In this document: piece after piece, positions 29,576-39,720 of the stretch
Numbering within the stretch: position 1 is the first letter of the stretch
Layout: the number at the start of each line of letters is the position of its first letter
From: an uncultured Gammaproteobacteria bacterium
GTDB taxonomy: Bacteria > Pseudomonadota > Gammaproteobacteria > Steroidobacterales > Steroidobacteraceae
Length of the DNA: 64,000 nt
Reading direction: 5' to 3'
NCBI GenBank assembly: GCA_963713175.1
Contig: CAVQKW010000008.1
Coordinates: 60,281-124,280 of the forward strand
The notes under the pieces: model-generated
Seen by the model: only the letters and a program-made list of their open reading frames with translations
Told to the model about the DNA's origin: nothing
Databases searched by the model: none
Position numbers and translations under genes: made by a program

Positions 29576-31462
29576 GTGACTCCTCGATGGGGATACGGCG
29601 CAACGGGCTGCGGGGCATGCAACGTGACGAAGGCTATTCGGGCACATCTCGCAAATGTCATCGTAGCACCGACGCTGGCGATGGCGCTTACCGCATGTGG
29701 TGGCGGCGGTGGCGGCGGTGGCGGCGGCACACCTCCAGCCACCTACACGGTCGGGGGCACCGTCACCGGACTCAGCGGTTCCGGCCTCGTCCTGCTGAAT
29801 GACGGGGGCAGCAGCCTCACGCAGTCCCTGCCGGGCGCGTTCACTTTTCCGGCTGGCCTGACCAGCAGTACCGCTTATTCAGTGACCGTGGCGACGCAAC
29901 CCTCCTCGCCGACGCAGACCTGCGTGGTGACCAACGGTTCCGGCACGGTGGGTGCCGCGAACGTGACGAATGTGGCCGTCGACTGCACGCCCACGCCGTT
30001 CACCGTGCTCACCAATCAGCCGCCAACACCCGGGGAGCTGAGCCTGCTGCTGACGGATGGCAGCGTCATGATGCAGTCGGTCGACGACGCGGGCGTCTTT
30101 TACAAGCTGACGCCGGACTCGAGCGGTTCCTATCTCAACGGGACCTGGAGCCAGCTCTCGGGCCCGCCTCCCGGCTACGCGCCCTACGCCGGCGCGGAGG
30201 TCGTACTGGCCGACGGGCGAGTCCTCTTCGTCGGCGGGGAATACAACCAGAACCAGTACAGTCTGCCGTTTGCCCCCAGCGGCCTGACCAACATGTCCGC
30301 CGTCTACGACCCGGTGACCGATACGTGGACGATGATTGCTCCACCGCCGGGTCTCGCCTATATCGGGGATGTGCCTTCAGCCGTGCTGCCTGACGGCAGC
30401 TTCGTTTTCGGCGACAAGCTCGGTCGGGATATGTGGCGCCTCGACCCGCTCACCCTGGCGTGGACCTCGGTACCCGCCACCGGCAAGACGGATAATTTCG
30501 CCGAAGAAGGCTGGACGCTGCTGCCTGATGGAGACCTCTTCACCATCGACCTCAGCAACACGCCCCACGCCGAGCACTACGACCCGGCGAGTGCACAGTG
30601 GTACAGCGACGGCAGTACGCCTGCTGGCATGACCTCGCCCTCCAGCGCACCCGGCGGCCTCACCTATGGGCCTGCGCCGATGCAGGTTGTCGGCGGGATC
30701 ACCTACGGTCCGGGACCGGCGGGCACGTACGTCCCACCGGGTGAAATCGGTCCGGCCCTGCTGATGCCCGATGGCAGGGTATTCGCCACCGGGGCCGCGG
30801 CGAACGCAGCGGTGGCCCACACGGTGATCTACACGCCGGGCTCGATACCGGCCGACGCCGGCAGCTTCACGGCCGGACCGGATTTCCCCGACGGCGACGA
30901 TGCCGGCGACGCCAGCGCCGCTTTGCTGCCCTCCGGCCATGTGCTGGTGGTCGGGAACTCGGGCCGGTTCTACGAATTTGACGGCAGCACGCTCGCGGTC
31001 ACGGGTGCGTTGACGACCAGCGCCGCCAATGCGGCGTACTTCGTTCTGCCCTTGCCCAATGGCCAGGTGCTCGTCACCGGAGGTGTCACGCAGATCTACG
31101 GCGCCAGCGGCAGCGCCGATCCCGCCTGGGCACCCACGATCACCGCCGCCCCGGCCGTCCTGACACGCGGCTCGACGTACGTTATCTCGGGCACGCAGTT
31201 CAACGGCCTGTCCCAGGCGGCGGCCGTGGGAGATGAGCTCGACGCAGCCACGAACTATCCTCTGGTACGCATCACCAATGCGGCATCAGGCCATGTCTTC
31301 TATGCCCGTACCCACGGCCATAGCAGCATGGGTGTGGCGACCGGCAGCACCGTCGTGTCCACTCAGTTCGACGTTTCCGCGGATACCGAGACCGGCACAG
31401 CTTCGCTGGTCGTCGTGGCCAATGGCATCGCTTCGGCGCCCTGGAGTGTCACCGTGAACTGA
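29576..31462 (+). CDS. lipoprotein with Kelch-like beta-propeller and C-terminal Ig/IPT-like (galactose-oxidase-type) domain
   Basis: Lipobox LTAC followed by poly-Gly. Repeated DG-x-(V/L)-hydrophobic-x-GG blade motifs. The C-terminus APTITAAP...GTQFNGLSQ...YPLVRITN resembles the galactose/glyoxal oxidase C-domain. The start may be the GTG at 29633. Confidence 0.65.
   Translation: MTPRWGYGATGCGACNVTKAIRAHLANVIVAPTLAMALTACGGGGGGGGGGTPPATYTVGGTVTGLSGSGLVLLNDGGSSLTQSLPGAFTFPAGLTSSTAYSVTVATQPSSPTQTCVVTNGSGTVGAANVTNVAVDCTPTPFTVLTNQPPTPGELSLLLTDGSVMMQSVDDAGVFYKLTPDSSGSYLNGTWSQLSGPPPGYAPYAGAEVVLADGRVLFVGGEYNQNQYSLPFAPSGLTNMSAVYDPVTDTWTMIAPPPGLAYIGDVPSAVLPDGSFVFGDKLGRDMWRLDPLTLAWTSVPATGKTDNFAEEGWTLLPDGDLFTIDLSNTPHAEHYDPASAQWYSDGSTPAGMTSPSSAPGGLTYGPAPMQVVGGITYGPGPAGTYVPPGEIGPALLMPDGRVFATGAAANAAVAHTVIYTPGSIPADAGSFTAGPDFPDGDDAGDASAALLPSGHVLVVGNSGRFYEFDGSTLAVTGALTTSAANAAYFVLPLPNGQVLVTGGVTQIYGASGSADPAWAPTITAAPAVLTRGSTYVISGTQFNGLSQAAAVGDELDAATNYPLVRITNAASGHVFYARTHGHSSMGVATGSTVVSTQFDVSADTETGTASLVVVANGIASAPWSVTVN
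29699..29725 (+). repeat. perfect tandem repeat (GGTGGCGGC)x3 encoding the poly-Gly linker after the lipobox Cys
   Basis: Read directly: ggtggcggc ggtggcggc ggtggcggc, in frame with the CDS that starts at 29576. Confidence 0.9.
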
Positions 31463-31492
31463 CACCCTCGCAATCTACCTGCAGAGAGCGGT

Positions 31493-32986
31493 TCATGCGG
31501 GCTTGATATTTGCGTTCAGGCGGAACAGGTTCAGCGCGTCGTACTGCTTCTTCACTGCCGCCAGACGGCTGAAATTCGGGCCGTAGTTGCGCTCGGTGCC
31601 TTTGTCCTTGTTGCTGGCATCGGTGTCGTGCAAGTTCACATAGTAGCCAGCCGTGAATGGCTCGAGCTTGCTCCAGATAGCGTGAATCGCCTTGCGGCCC
31701 GGGTCATCCTGCGATGAGTCCTTCCAGCGTCTGAAGAGCATCATGTTCGCGATGGCATCCCGGTGCGAGAACGCCGTTGCCGTCGGCTGCACGTCGGCAA
31801 CGGCCCCGTTGGCGCTCTGAAAGTACATGGAGGTACCGGCGTCTTGCCCGAGCCCGTCAGCGAGCAACCCCGTGAGCCCGGAAGGGTACTCGCGCACGAA
31901 ACCACCCTTGAGGTACCAGTGGGTCGGATCGATCGGAGGCGGATCGAACCAGGTCTGTACGACGAGGTAGCTCTGCTGCCTGATCGTGTTGTTGATCGGC
32001 TTCCCGAAGCGCTGCAGAGGCTCGAGAGCCTTTGCGCCGCTCTTGGCATCTCCCGAGTACACCACGTAGATCTGGGCGCCGGGCTTGCCGTCCTCGTTCG
32101 GCGCGAGACTCAGATCGACGCTCAGCTCCCGCGGTGCGTGCGTAATGAGCTCGGCGTAAAACTCGATCGCGTCCTTCAGCTGTGCCGCGGGGAAGTCGAC
32201 GTGGCCCCCGAGAACCGTGGGGTTGAGCGGATGGAGGCGATATTCAAATGAAGTCGCGACACCGAAGTTTCCGCCACCACCGCGCAAGGCCCAGAACAGC
32301 TCCGGTTCGTCGCGAGCGCTGACACGCCGTACCTTCCCGTCGGCAGTGACGAGCTCGACACTGATCAGATTGTCACAGGCGAGACCAAACCGCCGCGATA
32401 GCCAGCCGAATCCGCCCCCCAGCGTCAGTCCGGCGACGCCGGTGTTGGAGATCTGCCCGAGTGTGGTGGCCAGTGAGTGCTGCTGGGCTGCAGCGTCGAC
32501 ATGGGCGCCCCACGCACCGCCGGCTACGCGGGCGGTGCGGGAATCCGCATCCACGGACACGGAACGCATAGGTGACAGATCGATCACGAGCCCTCCATCG
32601 CAGGTGGAGTACCCGGGGAAGCTGTGTCCGCCGCCGCGTACCGCGAGCAACAGCTCGCGTTCACGCGCAAAGGTCACGGCACGCACGACATCCGCGGTGT
32701 CTGTGCAGCGCGCTATCAACGCCGGGTGCTTGTCGATCATCCCGTTCCAGACGTGGCGGGCCGCCTCATACTGCTCGTCCCCCGGCGCGAGCAGCACACC
32801 CTTGAGACCCGCGCGAAAGTCGCGAACGGCAGCACGCTCAATCGTCGTCTCTGCACCGGATAGCTTTACGGCGCGCAGGTCGGTCGCCGGCGGCGCATCA
32901 CCGGCCGCCGCCGCCACTCGGCCAAGAGGCAGCAAAGCTGCTGCGCCAGCCGCCACACTCATGCCACAGAAGTCCCTTCGCCTCAT
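31493..32986 (-). CDS. Tat-exported FAD-binding oxidoreductase with BBE (berberine-bridge-like) C-terminal domain
   Basis: Tat signal MRRRDFCGMSVAAGAAALL. FAD_binding_4 motif RGGGHSF. C-terminus YDALNLFRLNANIKPA is typical of the BBE domain. Confidence 0.85.
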   Translation of the reverse strand: MRRRDFCGMSVAAGAAALLPLGRVAAAAGDAPPATDLRAVKLSGAETTIERAAVRDFRAGLKGVLLAPGDEQYEAARHVWNGMIDKHPALIARCTDTADVVRAVTFARERELLLAVRGGGHSFPGYSTCDGGLVIDLSPMRSVSVDADSRTARVAGGAWGAHVDAAAQQHSLATTLGQISNTGVAGLTLGGGFGWLSRRFGLACDNLISVELVTADGKVRRVSARDEPELFWALRGGGGNFGVATSFEYRLHPLNPTVLGGHVDFPAAQLKDAIEFYAELITHAPRELSVDLSLAPNEDGKPGAQIYVVYSGDAKSGAKALEPLQRFGKPINNTIRQQSYLVVQTWFDPPPIDPTHWYLKGGFVREYPSGLTGLLADGLGQDAGTSMYFQSANGAVADVQPTATAFSHRDAIANMMLFRRWKDSSQDDPGRKAIHAIWSKLEPFTAGYYVNLHDTDASNKDKGTERNYGPNFSRLAAVKKQYDALNLFRLNANIKPA

Positions 32987-33114
32987 TGAGTTACCCCCCG
33001 TGCTTGTTAATGCCTACCGCTCGCGGCGGCGCTCAGACTATCATCCGCCTTTGCCGGCAAACGGCAACCTCGCCTAACACTCGTGGCATCCAAGGTGCTC
33101 GAAGCTCCTTGGCT

Positions 33115-34411
33115 TCAGTTGAGCCGCAGGGCGTAGACCGGCGTATCGATGTGCCGGATGAGTAGTGCCACGTCGACCGAGCCCCAGCTTGCGACACGAA
33201 ACCTGCCGAACGTATGCCGCCAGTTGCTCGCGTGGCGCGAGCCGGCCCCGGCATCTGCGATCGGGTCAAGGCCGGCGCCTGCGCATCGCTGCCAGCGCCA
33301 TTCACCCGTGGTGCTGGCCCGCCAGCCCGACCCGGGCGGCGCGGCGATCGTGTAAACGGCGGCGCCATCCTCGGCGGAGTAGTAGATCAACCGATCGAGA
33401 CCCGGCGCGTATTCGATCGCGGCGCATTCGGCGATGCGCGGTCGCGGGCCGCTCGAATGCAACGCGACCGCGGGTGCCGCCGGGTCGGCAGGATTGATCG
33501 CAAACAGGTTGTCGCGGGCGTGTACCAGCACCACGAGGACATCGCGGACCGGGTCGACCTGCATGGCGCTGTGATTGGCGAGTCCCGGCAACTTGCCCGG
33601 ATGCATTGAATCCCAACGACCAAAAGTGCCATCGGCATTTGCCTGGTCCGGGCAAAAACCGATGAATGCGCCGCTGCCACCGCCGTCTCCTGAGTGGCTC
33701 CACAGCATGCGCCGGGACGCGTCCCAGGTCGTAAACCCTCCCGAGTCCAGGGTCGGCCGACGCATGCCGCGGGCCGCGACGCCACTGACGGCGATCGAGG
33801 TTGAACATGTGCGCAATGGCAACCGCCTTGACGTCGGGACCAAGCTCGCTGTTGCCCTTCGCTAGCAGGAAGTCGTTTCCCACCGCGTCGTACTGCACAT
33901 AACCATAGGTGTGCGGCGGAAGCGGGGAGCCGTCCGGATACTCTGCGTGCGGATAGAACGCTCCGGCGCCGTAGTCCCCGGGGCCGCCCTGAACGAACCC
34001 GTCAGAGACTCGCCGCCACTCTCGTGTCGCAATATCAAAAGCGTGAACGTCGGAGCCAAAGTAGTCGTTGTGGCCTCCGCCAAAAACGACGAGTGAGCCC
34101 GAGCCCCCCAACTGCGTGGCGAGCACCGCGCCGTTCCACGCCTCGGTGATTGCCGGGAAACCGTTCCGCCCACTCCAGGCCGCAGACACGTACCGGCCGG
34201 TCAGCCGCCGCAGGGCCGCGTAAGGACCCCCGCGATTCAGGTGCGGATCGCAGGCCGGATCGCCGTCACGCAGATAACGTGTACCAGGTCTGGTTGCGCG
34301 CAGTCCCAAGTCCGGCTGATCGCCCGACAAGCGGTACCAGCGGCCGACCTGCATGGCGTCGAGCCATGACGGGGCTGACGGTTTCGGCGGCGGCGGGGAC
34401 CGGTGCGTCAT
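33115..34411 (-). pseudogene. hypothetical beta-propeller (Kelch-like) protein, one frameshift near 33800
   Basis: N-part in ORF 33302-34411 (...LVVFGGGHNDYFGSDVHAFDIATREW...). C-part in ORF 33115-33843 (...LIYYSAEDGAAVYTI...). Confidence 0.5.
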
Positions 34412-34432
34412 CCCTCCCCTACCTCACGTTCA

Positions 34433-34972
34433 CTACAGCAGATTCAGCAGCACCCCGAGTGAAACGGCATGCAGTCCGTTCGACACTGCCGTGGACGGGA
34501 GCAGTTCATATTCAAGCCGCACGCCGACGCGTCCGAAATGCCATTGCATTCCGGCGCCCGCGACGGGGCAGGCACCTGAGGCTAAGTCCCCCCCGGTCCC
34601 CGAGGAGAGAATGCAGTGGCCAATTCCTGCCTTGAAGAACGCGTCGAAGTTTTCCTTTCCGGTCAGGAATACGCCCTCGGCGGCAATCGCTCTGGCCTCC
34701 GACCGGGTCCCGGCGGAACTGTTGGTGGCGCTGGCGGTGGCAAAGTACTCCGCCTCAACCGCAAACCACTGCAGTGGACGAACTCCGACCAGCGCTTTCC
34801 AGGACGCGGCGCTGATATCCGAATAGGCGCCGGGTTCGTCGGGATTCACCTGGCGCCCAAAATCAATGTAGCGGTCGTAGCTAACACCGGCGCCGACATA
34901 AAGCGTCTCGGGATCGGCTCTGGCAATGCCCGTCCCGAGGACCAGCAAACCGAGGCACAACAGGAATCTCAT
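34433..34972 (-). CDS. small outer-membrane beta-barrel protein (OmpA-like/porin family)
   Basis: Signal peptide MRFLLCLGLLVLGTGIARA. Alternating hydrophobic beta-strand pattern. Confidence 0.6.
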   Translation of the reverse strand: MRFLLCLGLLVLGTGIARADPETLYVGAGVSYDRYIDFGRQVNPDEPGAYSDISAASWKALVGVRPLQWFAVEAEYFATASATNSSAGTRSEARAIAAEGVFLTGKENFDAFFKAGIGHCILSSGTGGDLASGACPVAGAGMQWHFGRVGVRLEYELLPSTAVSNGLHAVSLGVLLNLL

Positions 34973-35027
34973 GACCTTACTCCTCTTGTCGCTCAGCGTA
35001 GCCTTTGGTCCGTGTTGGTATCCCACC

Positions 35028-35085
35028 TGGCGGAGAGGGTGGGATTCGAACCCACGAGCCGCTTGCGCAGCCTCCGGTTTTCAAG
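35028..35085. repeat. att direct repeat, tRNA-distal copy (duplicate of the 3' 58 nt of tRNA-Ser)
   Basis: Identical base for base to 49086-49143. The flanking bases differ on both sides. Confidence 0.9.
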
Positions 35086-35231
35086 TCGCCCGACACGCAT
35101 TTACCCGCACTCGACACCCGCACAAATGCCAATACGGCAGAGCCTTAACGCCGGCCCTCAAGACAAGAATCCGCGGCGTTTCTGACAGGATGCAACACCG
35201 CTGCAACAGCGCCGGTCGCGGCGCTGCCCTC

Positions 35232-35681
35232 CTAACCCCTTGGGAAAAGCGCGGTCACAAAGGCAAGCACCTTGTCTTGGATCAATTCTTCAGTGATTGC
35301 CGACATCGGTACTTCCTCTCGGTGGTACTGCGGATACTCGATCTGAATGCGTTCCCGGGTTATCGGCAGAAAGCTGATGCTCGGTTGATCCTCTCCTACA
35401 CCGTAGCCCTGGGCCAGCCGAGAGTCCTCGGTCGAAACGTACAGCGCTATGCCCCCGCGCTGCGGATCGATCTTCACTTTCGCGGCTACCTTCTTCTCAG
35501 ACAATTCATCAACTATTGCCGCAAGCGTCGGCTCGATTACCCGGGCACGATGCTCGCCCCAAGCCCTTCGCAGTTCATCACCGGCCGCCTCCGCATCAGC
35601 GGCTCTTTGTCTCATGTGTTCCTGATTCTCTCTGTGCGCATCGATTATCGAGCTCAGCTTGGACTGGAAATCCTTGCTCAT
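35232..35681 (-). CDS. hypothetical protein (element cargo, noticeably lower GC)
   Basis: ATG at 35681 (MSKDFQSKLSSIIDAHRENQEH...). Non-GC-biased amino-acid composition. No family recognised. Confidence 0.55.
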   Translation of the reverse strand: MSKDFQSKLSSIIDAHRENQEHMRQRAADAEAAGDELRRAWGEHRARVIEPTLAAIVDELSEKKVAAKVKIDPQRGGIALYVSTEDSRLAQGYGVGEDQPSISFLPITRERIQIEYPQYHREEVPMSAITEELIQDKVLAFVTALFPRG

Positions 35682-35886
35682 ATAGCCCCTCCCGTCCCGG
35701 CCCTGGATTGCCCGCGCATCGTCGCGCCGGCAACTCGCGAGATCAAGCTGCGCGGCGCGGCATGATCCGCCGTGCAGAAAGCCCCAGATATGGGTGCGAT
35801 TCCGCACTACGCTTTCCCAAGCGCCGCCCGCCCTGGCTTGCACCAGGGCGAGAGGCTAACCACCACGAACCGTAAGGAGGTTCATC

Positions 35887-36565
35887 ATGGCTACCCGAAG
35901 TGTACAACCCGCCCCAGCCGCATGGCCGGCACCCGTCCGCTACACCATCGACGAGGTGAACGAGCACACCGACCGGCGCATCCGCGCCTATCTGGCGTCC
36001 GTGCGCCCGGAGCGCGGCAGTGACCTCGGCGCTAATGACGAGTATGAGCGCGGCCGCGCTGCGATCGAGCGCCTGGCGCTCAGCGCGCACGATACGGGCG
36101 ATCCTACCCTGCAGCTTTCAGAGACCCAGGGCGCGGACGTGCTGTATTTCGTACGGTGCTCGGAGCCGCTCGAGGAGCGCACCTGGTGGCAGGACCCGAA
36201 GAGCGGCCCAAGCCACCTGGTCGGCTGGACGTTCGTTGCTCGAGGCGGTCGAGCGCAGCCTGCGAGCGAAGGTGCGGTCATGAGCGCCGGCGGTACGCCG
36301 ACGCTCGCCGTGACTACCTACGCGGGCAGCGCTCACTGCTTCAAGGATGACAACGGCCGACCGATCGCGAGCACTCCGGCACCGAGGCCTGTCCGTTCTG
36401 TCGCAGCGCGGAGCTCGTTCTCATGGCATCCGGGATGCCCGGCGCACCGGGCACGGTGCATCACGTCCTGTGTCTCGGGTGCGAGTCTGCGAAGGCCCGA
36501 ACGGCAAGACGCAGCTTGAGGCCGCGCAGCGGTGGAATCGACCGTCGCGGGTGTGGCCGTCATGA
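35887..36565 (+). pseudogene. hypothetical protein ending in a Lar-type (restriction-alleviation-like) zinc-finger; two apparent frameshifts, may be two genes
   Basis: Strong RBS AAGGAGG before the ATG at 35887. Downstream, my translation gives EACPFCRSAELVL...VHHVLCLGCES in one frame and KGPNGKTQLEAAQRWNRP in the next. This matches the Lar pattern CPFC...C..C...EA..WNR. Confidence 0.4.
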
Positions 36566-36819
36566 GCGCGCGTCTCGCCGTGGACAACACGCGCCCGGAG
36601 GAAGCGGGCTTGTTGAGCGACCTCACGCCGGCGCCGGCCGTGCAGAGGAAGCTCGATGCGGCCGCGCGCGCGATCAGGCTGGCGATCGCCAGGGTCGAGG
36701 CGGCCCGCGAGGCGACCGAGCCGGGCACCGACGCTGAGCTGCGGTGCGATGAGGCGCTAGAGCCGCTCGGGGAAGCGCGCGACAAGATGGAGTGGAGGGT
36801 CGACCACATGGGCGACTGA
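36562..36819 (+). CDS. hypothetical protein
   Basis: The ATG overlaps the preceding stop (ATGA). Helical, charged composition (MSARLAVDNTRPEEAGLLSDL...). Confidence 0.45.
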   Translation: MSARLAVDNTRPEEAGLLSDLTPAPAVQRKLDAAARAIRLAIARVEAAREATEPGTDAELRCDEALEPLGEARDKMEWRVDHMGD

Positions 36820-36868
36820 GCCAGCCCCCGTCGGTACGACAGCGCCGCCCCTTCGGGCGGCGTTCGTT

Positions 36869-37579
36869 TCAGCCGACTCGGGCGGCGGGTAGCGCCTCCG
36901 GCTGCGCCAGGAGCGCCGCCAGCTCGGCAATGACCGCGGCCTCATCGAGCGGCGCCCGAGGTGTCATTGCCAGTGGCTGTCGGCGAACCGGCGCCGGTAC
37001 GCCCAGAATCAGAACGCTCGGCGGCGCTGCCTCCGCGCACACGGGCTCGGGCTCGCTGAGCCAGCCTTGGATCTGCCCGCGCGCCACGCCGAGCCAGCGC
37101 TCGTAGCAGCCCTGTAGTGTGCGGTAACGCGGCTCGAGCTGCTCTGCCCAGGTCCGCTCCTCGATGCGCATGTAAATGGCGTAGAGCGCGCGCGCCGCGA
37201 CAAAGAGCGCGCGGTTCGCGTCCGCATCGAGCACGAGCGCCGCGAGCTGCTCATGGTAGAACGCCAGGGCGCCGGCGGCGCTTCGCACCTGCGCGGGCCA
37301 GCATTCGCGCTCTGCGATGCGGCGCACTTGATACAGGAGGCCATACCACAGCGGCCAGTAGACCGACCTGTCCGCGGCGAAGGAATAGCGCGCTGCGCAC
37401 CAGGGGAGATCGTCGGGGGCGGCGTAGTAGCTTGGCCGGTCCCGACGGGGCTGGGTGCGCGTACTGCCGCCCTTGGGCGGCGCCACGGGATCAAGGCCAT
37501 CGAGCGGCCCAGGACCGACCCAGCCCGCAAGATCAATCCCGCGCTCGACCGCCAGTCTGGCCAGCTCCGTGGTGTGCAT
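36869..37579 (-). CDS. hypothetical protein
   Basis: 236-aa ORF directly downstream of the tape-measure-like gene. Trp/Tyr-rich real-looking composition. No family recognised. Confidence 0.5.
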   Translation of the reverse strand: MHTTELARLAVERGIDLAGWVGPGPLDGLDPVAPPKGGSTRTQPRRDRPSYYAAPDDLPWCAARYSFAADRSVYWPLWYGLLYQVRRIAERECWPAQVRSAAGALAFYHEQLAALVLDADANRALFVAARALYAIYMRIEERTWAEQLEPRYRTLQGCYERWLGVARGQIQGWLSEPEPVCAEAAPPSVLILGVPAPVRRQPLAMTPRAPLDEAAVIAELAALLAQPEALPAARVG

Positions 37580-37630
37580 TCGCCCCCTCTCGTTTCCGAA
37601 CTTGCCAGGCCAGGGACTTGCGGGTGCGGC

Positions 37631-39469
37631 CTACCAGTCTCCCGACGCACCCGTCCCGCCCGGCACCAGCGCGGCGCGCCCGTCGAAGTAACCGACGCCG
37701 GTCTGCGGGGCGCTCGCGGCTTGACTTTGGTGACGCGTGACCGCTTCGGCGACCTTGCGGCCGTCGATGTTCAGTTGCGTGTGCACGACGGTCGAGCGTG
37801 AGTGATCACCGGGCTTGACGTACGCCGAGCGGTCGATGACGCCGCTTCGCTGCGGAAGCGTTTCGGCCGCGTGCGCACGGTCGAGTGCGTCCTGCGCACT
37901 TTGGGAACCAAAGACCGCGAGCAAATACGCGATGCCTTCGCCTAACTTATAGGCCGCTTTGCTGCCCTCCATGAGACTCCAGATGACTGAGCCGATGAGA
38001 TAGCCAGCGCCAAACGCAAGACCGATTCCACCGACCGCCAGCGCGAAGGTGCCCATCGTACCGGCCAGGCTCGTGAGGATAGGCCCGAGACCGAGGAACT
38101 TGATGACCATCGCCGTCATCAGCACTTTGCCGATGCCGTAGATCGCAGCCCCAAAGGCTACAAGGCCGATGACGACGCCCTTCAGTAGGGCTGGGTTGGT
38201 TTGCATCCACTGCGAGAGACCGTCCAGCGCATCGGCGAACTTCACCATATAGGGGATGAGCCGCGGCAAAATGGTGTAGCCAATGAGTGCGAGGATGTTC
38301 TGCCATTGCGAATGCAACGCCTGCTCGGCAAGCTGCGGGTTCCCCTGCAGCAGGCGGTTGTAGGTCTGCAGCGAACTGCCGCCGCTTTCGATGAGTCGGC
38401 GGTCGCGCTCGAACTGCGGCGCCTTGACGAGCATCGTATAGAGCGCCCACTGGGCGTTGGACTGATTCGTCATCGCGGAGACCGTCTGGATGAGATTCAG
38501 ATGGTGCTTCTTCGAATAGGCTTCGATCGCCGGTGCATACTTCTCGGCCCACGCGAGCGGGTTTTCTGCAGCGAGCTGCGCGCCCGCAACGCCGCCTGGC
38601 TTGAGCTGCCAGTGCCCGGTCGCATTGCGAACGAGATTGCGCTCCTTTATCAGCCCCATCTCCTCCCACACCGGGAAGGCAGATTTGGGAATGACACCCT
38701 GGATGAGCACTTTGGAGAGCGCCCGCAGCGCCGTGCCAGCCGTGGACGTGTTGCCCATCATGCCGCCGCCCGCCTTCACTTCCTGCATGAGTGTCGGCAG
38801 ATAGTCGTAGGTGAACTGATCGCTCCAGGTGAGGGCGGAGTTCTTCGCGTACTTGAGCGTCATCAGGTAATCGTGCACGTCGAGCGTGCCACCCATCCCC
38901 ATGAGCGTGCGGCCCATGAGATCCGCGTTACGCTGTAGAGACGCCCCCGACATGAGCCCGCTCGTTCGCAGGTCGACGGCCTTGACGACCTCGAAGGCGA
39001 TATTGCTCTGCTCTTTACCGGTGAGCGCTTCCAACACCGCTTTAATGCGCTGCACCGTCGGCAGGATCGTATAGGTTTCGCCCATGCGATCGACACCCAG
39101 GACCGTGCGCAGCTCGCGGATCGCTTTGAGGTTGTCCGCACCGGTGCTCGTCACAACTTCGCGCGAGGTCTTCCACGCGGCAGCGATGGACTCGGCGATG
39201 TCCTTATGCGTCATCCCGGCCGCATTCATGAGCGAAAGCTGGCGCGTGTACTCCTTGCTCGCATCGACGGACTTTTCCAGAAAGCCGAAAATGCCGGCCC
39301 CGGCTCTTTCCATCCCGTAGCCGACGGCTGCGAGCTTCAGTGCCTTGAGCTTATCCTGAAGCTTAGCCGCCGCTCCATGCGCCACCAGCAGGTCACTTGC
39401 GATCAGGCGGATGCCTTGGCTCGCGAGATTCGCTACAGTGAGCTTGATGGCTACCGAATATGCATACAT
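37631..39469 (-). CDS. phage tail tape measure-like protein
   Basis: 612 aa, mostly helical. Gly-rich hydrophobic block GVVIGLVAFGAAIYGIGKVLMTAMVIKFLGLGPILTSLAGTMGTFALAVGGIGLAFGAGYLIG. C-terminal NIDGRKVAEAV is typical of TMPs. Confidence 0.65.
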   Translation of the reverse strand: MYAYSVAIKLTVANLASQGIRLIASDLLVAHGAAAKLQDKLKALKLAAVGYGMERAGAGIFGFLEKSVDASKEYTRQLSLMNAAGMTHKDIAESIAAAWKTSREVVTSTGADNLKAIRELRTVLGVDRMGETYTILPTVQRIKAVLEALTGKEQSNIAFEVVKAVDLRTSGLMSGASLQRNADLMGRTLMGMGGTLDVHDYLMTLKYAKNSALTWSDQFTYDYLPTLMQEVKAGGGMMGNTSTAGTALRALSKVLIQGVIPKSAFPVWEEMGLIKERNLVRNATGHWQLKPGGVAGAQLAAENPLAWAEKYAPAIEAYSKKHHLNLIQTVSAMTNQSNAQWALYTMLVKAPQFERDRRLIESGGSSLQTYNRLLQGNPQLAEQALHSQWQNILALIGYTILPRLIPYMVKFADALDGLSQWMQTNPALLKGVVIGLVAFGAAIYGIGKVLMTAMVIKFLGLGPILTSLAGTMGTFALAVGGIGLAFGAGYLIGSVIWSLMEGSKAAYKLGEGIAYLLAVFGSQSAQDALDRAHAAETLPQRSGVIDRSAYVKPGDHSRSTVVHTQLNIDGRKVAEAVTRHQSQAASAPQTGVGYFDGRAALVPGGTGASGDW

Positions 39470-39720
39470 CGCTTCCTAACTCCTAACTTCTAGACCGAGA
39501 GCCCCCGCGCCAGCGTCCCGGCGCGGAGGTTCGGTTAGTTGCGTCAGGCCGGGCAACTTAACGCCGCTCGCGCCGCCGATTCGAGACTCGCGAGCTGTGG
39601 CCGATCATCCGTACTCCGCTCCACTGGTACGCCGGGGCAGCGCGCTGCCGCCGGATCGGTGCATGGCTGTACACACCAACGTCTTTTCCGCCGTAATGAC
39701 TCCGAGCGGCGGGCAGATTC

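Noticed and set aside
29699-29725. Short perfect tandem repeat, considered as a possible CRISPR or non-coding VNTR
   Set aside because: It has only three 9-bp units and no spacers, and it is in frame inside a CDS where it encodes poly-Gly. No CRISPR-like repeat-spacer architecture was seen anywhere in the window.
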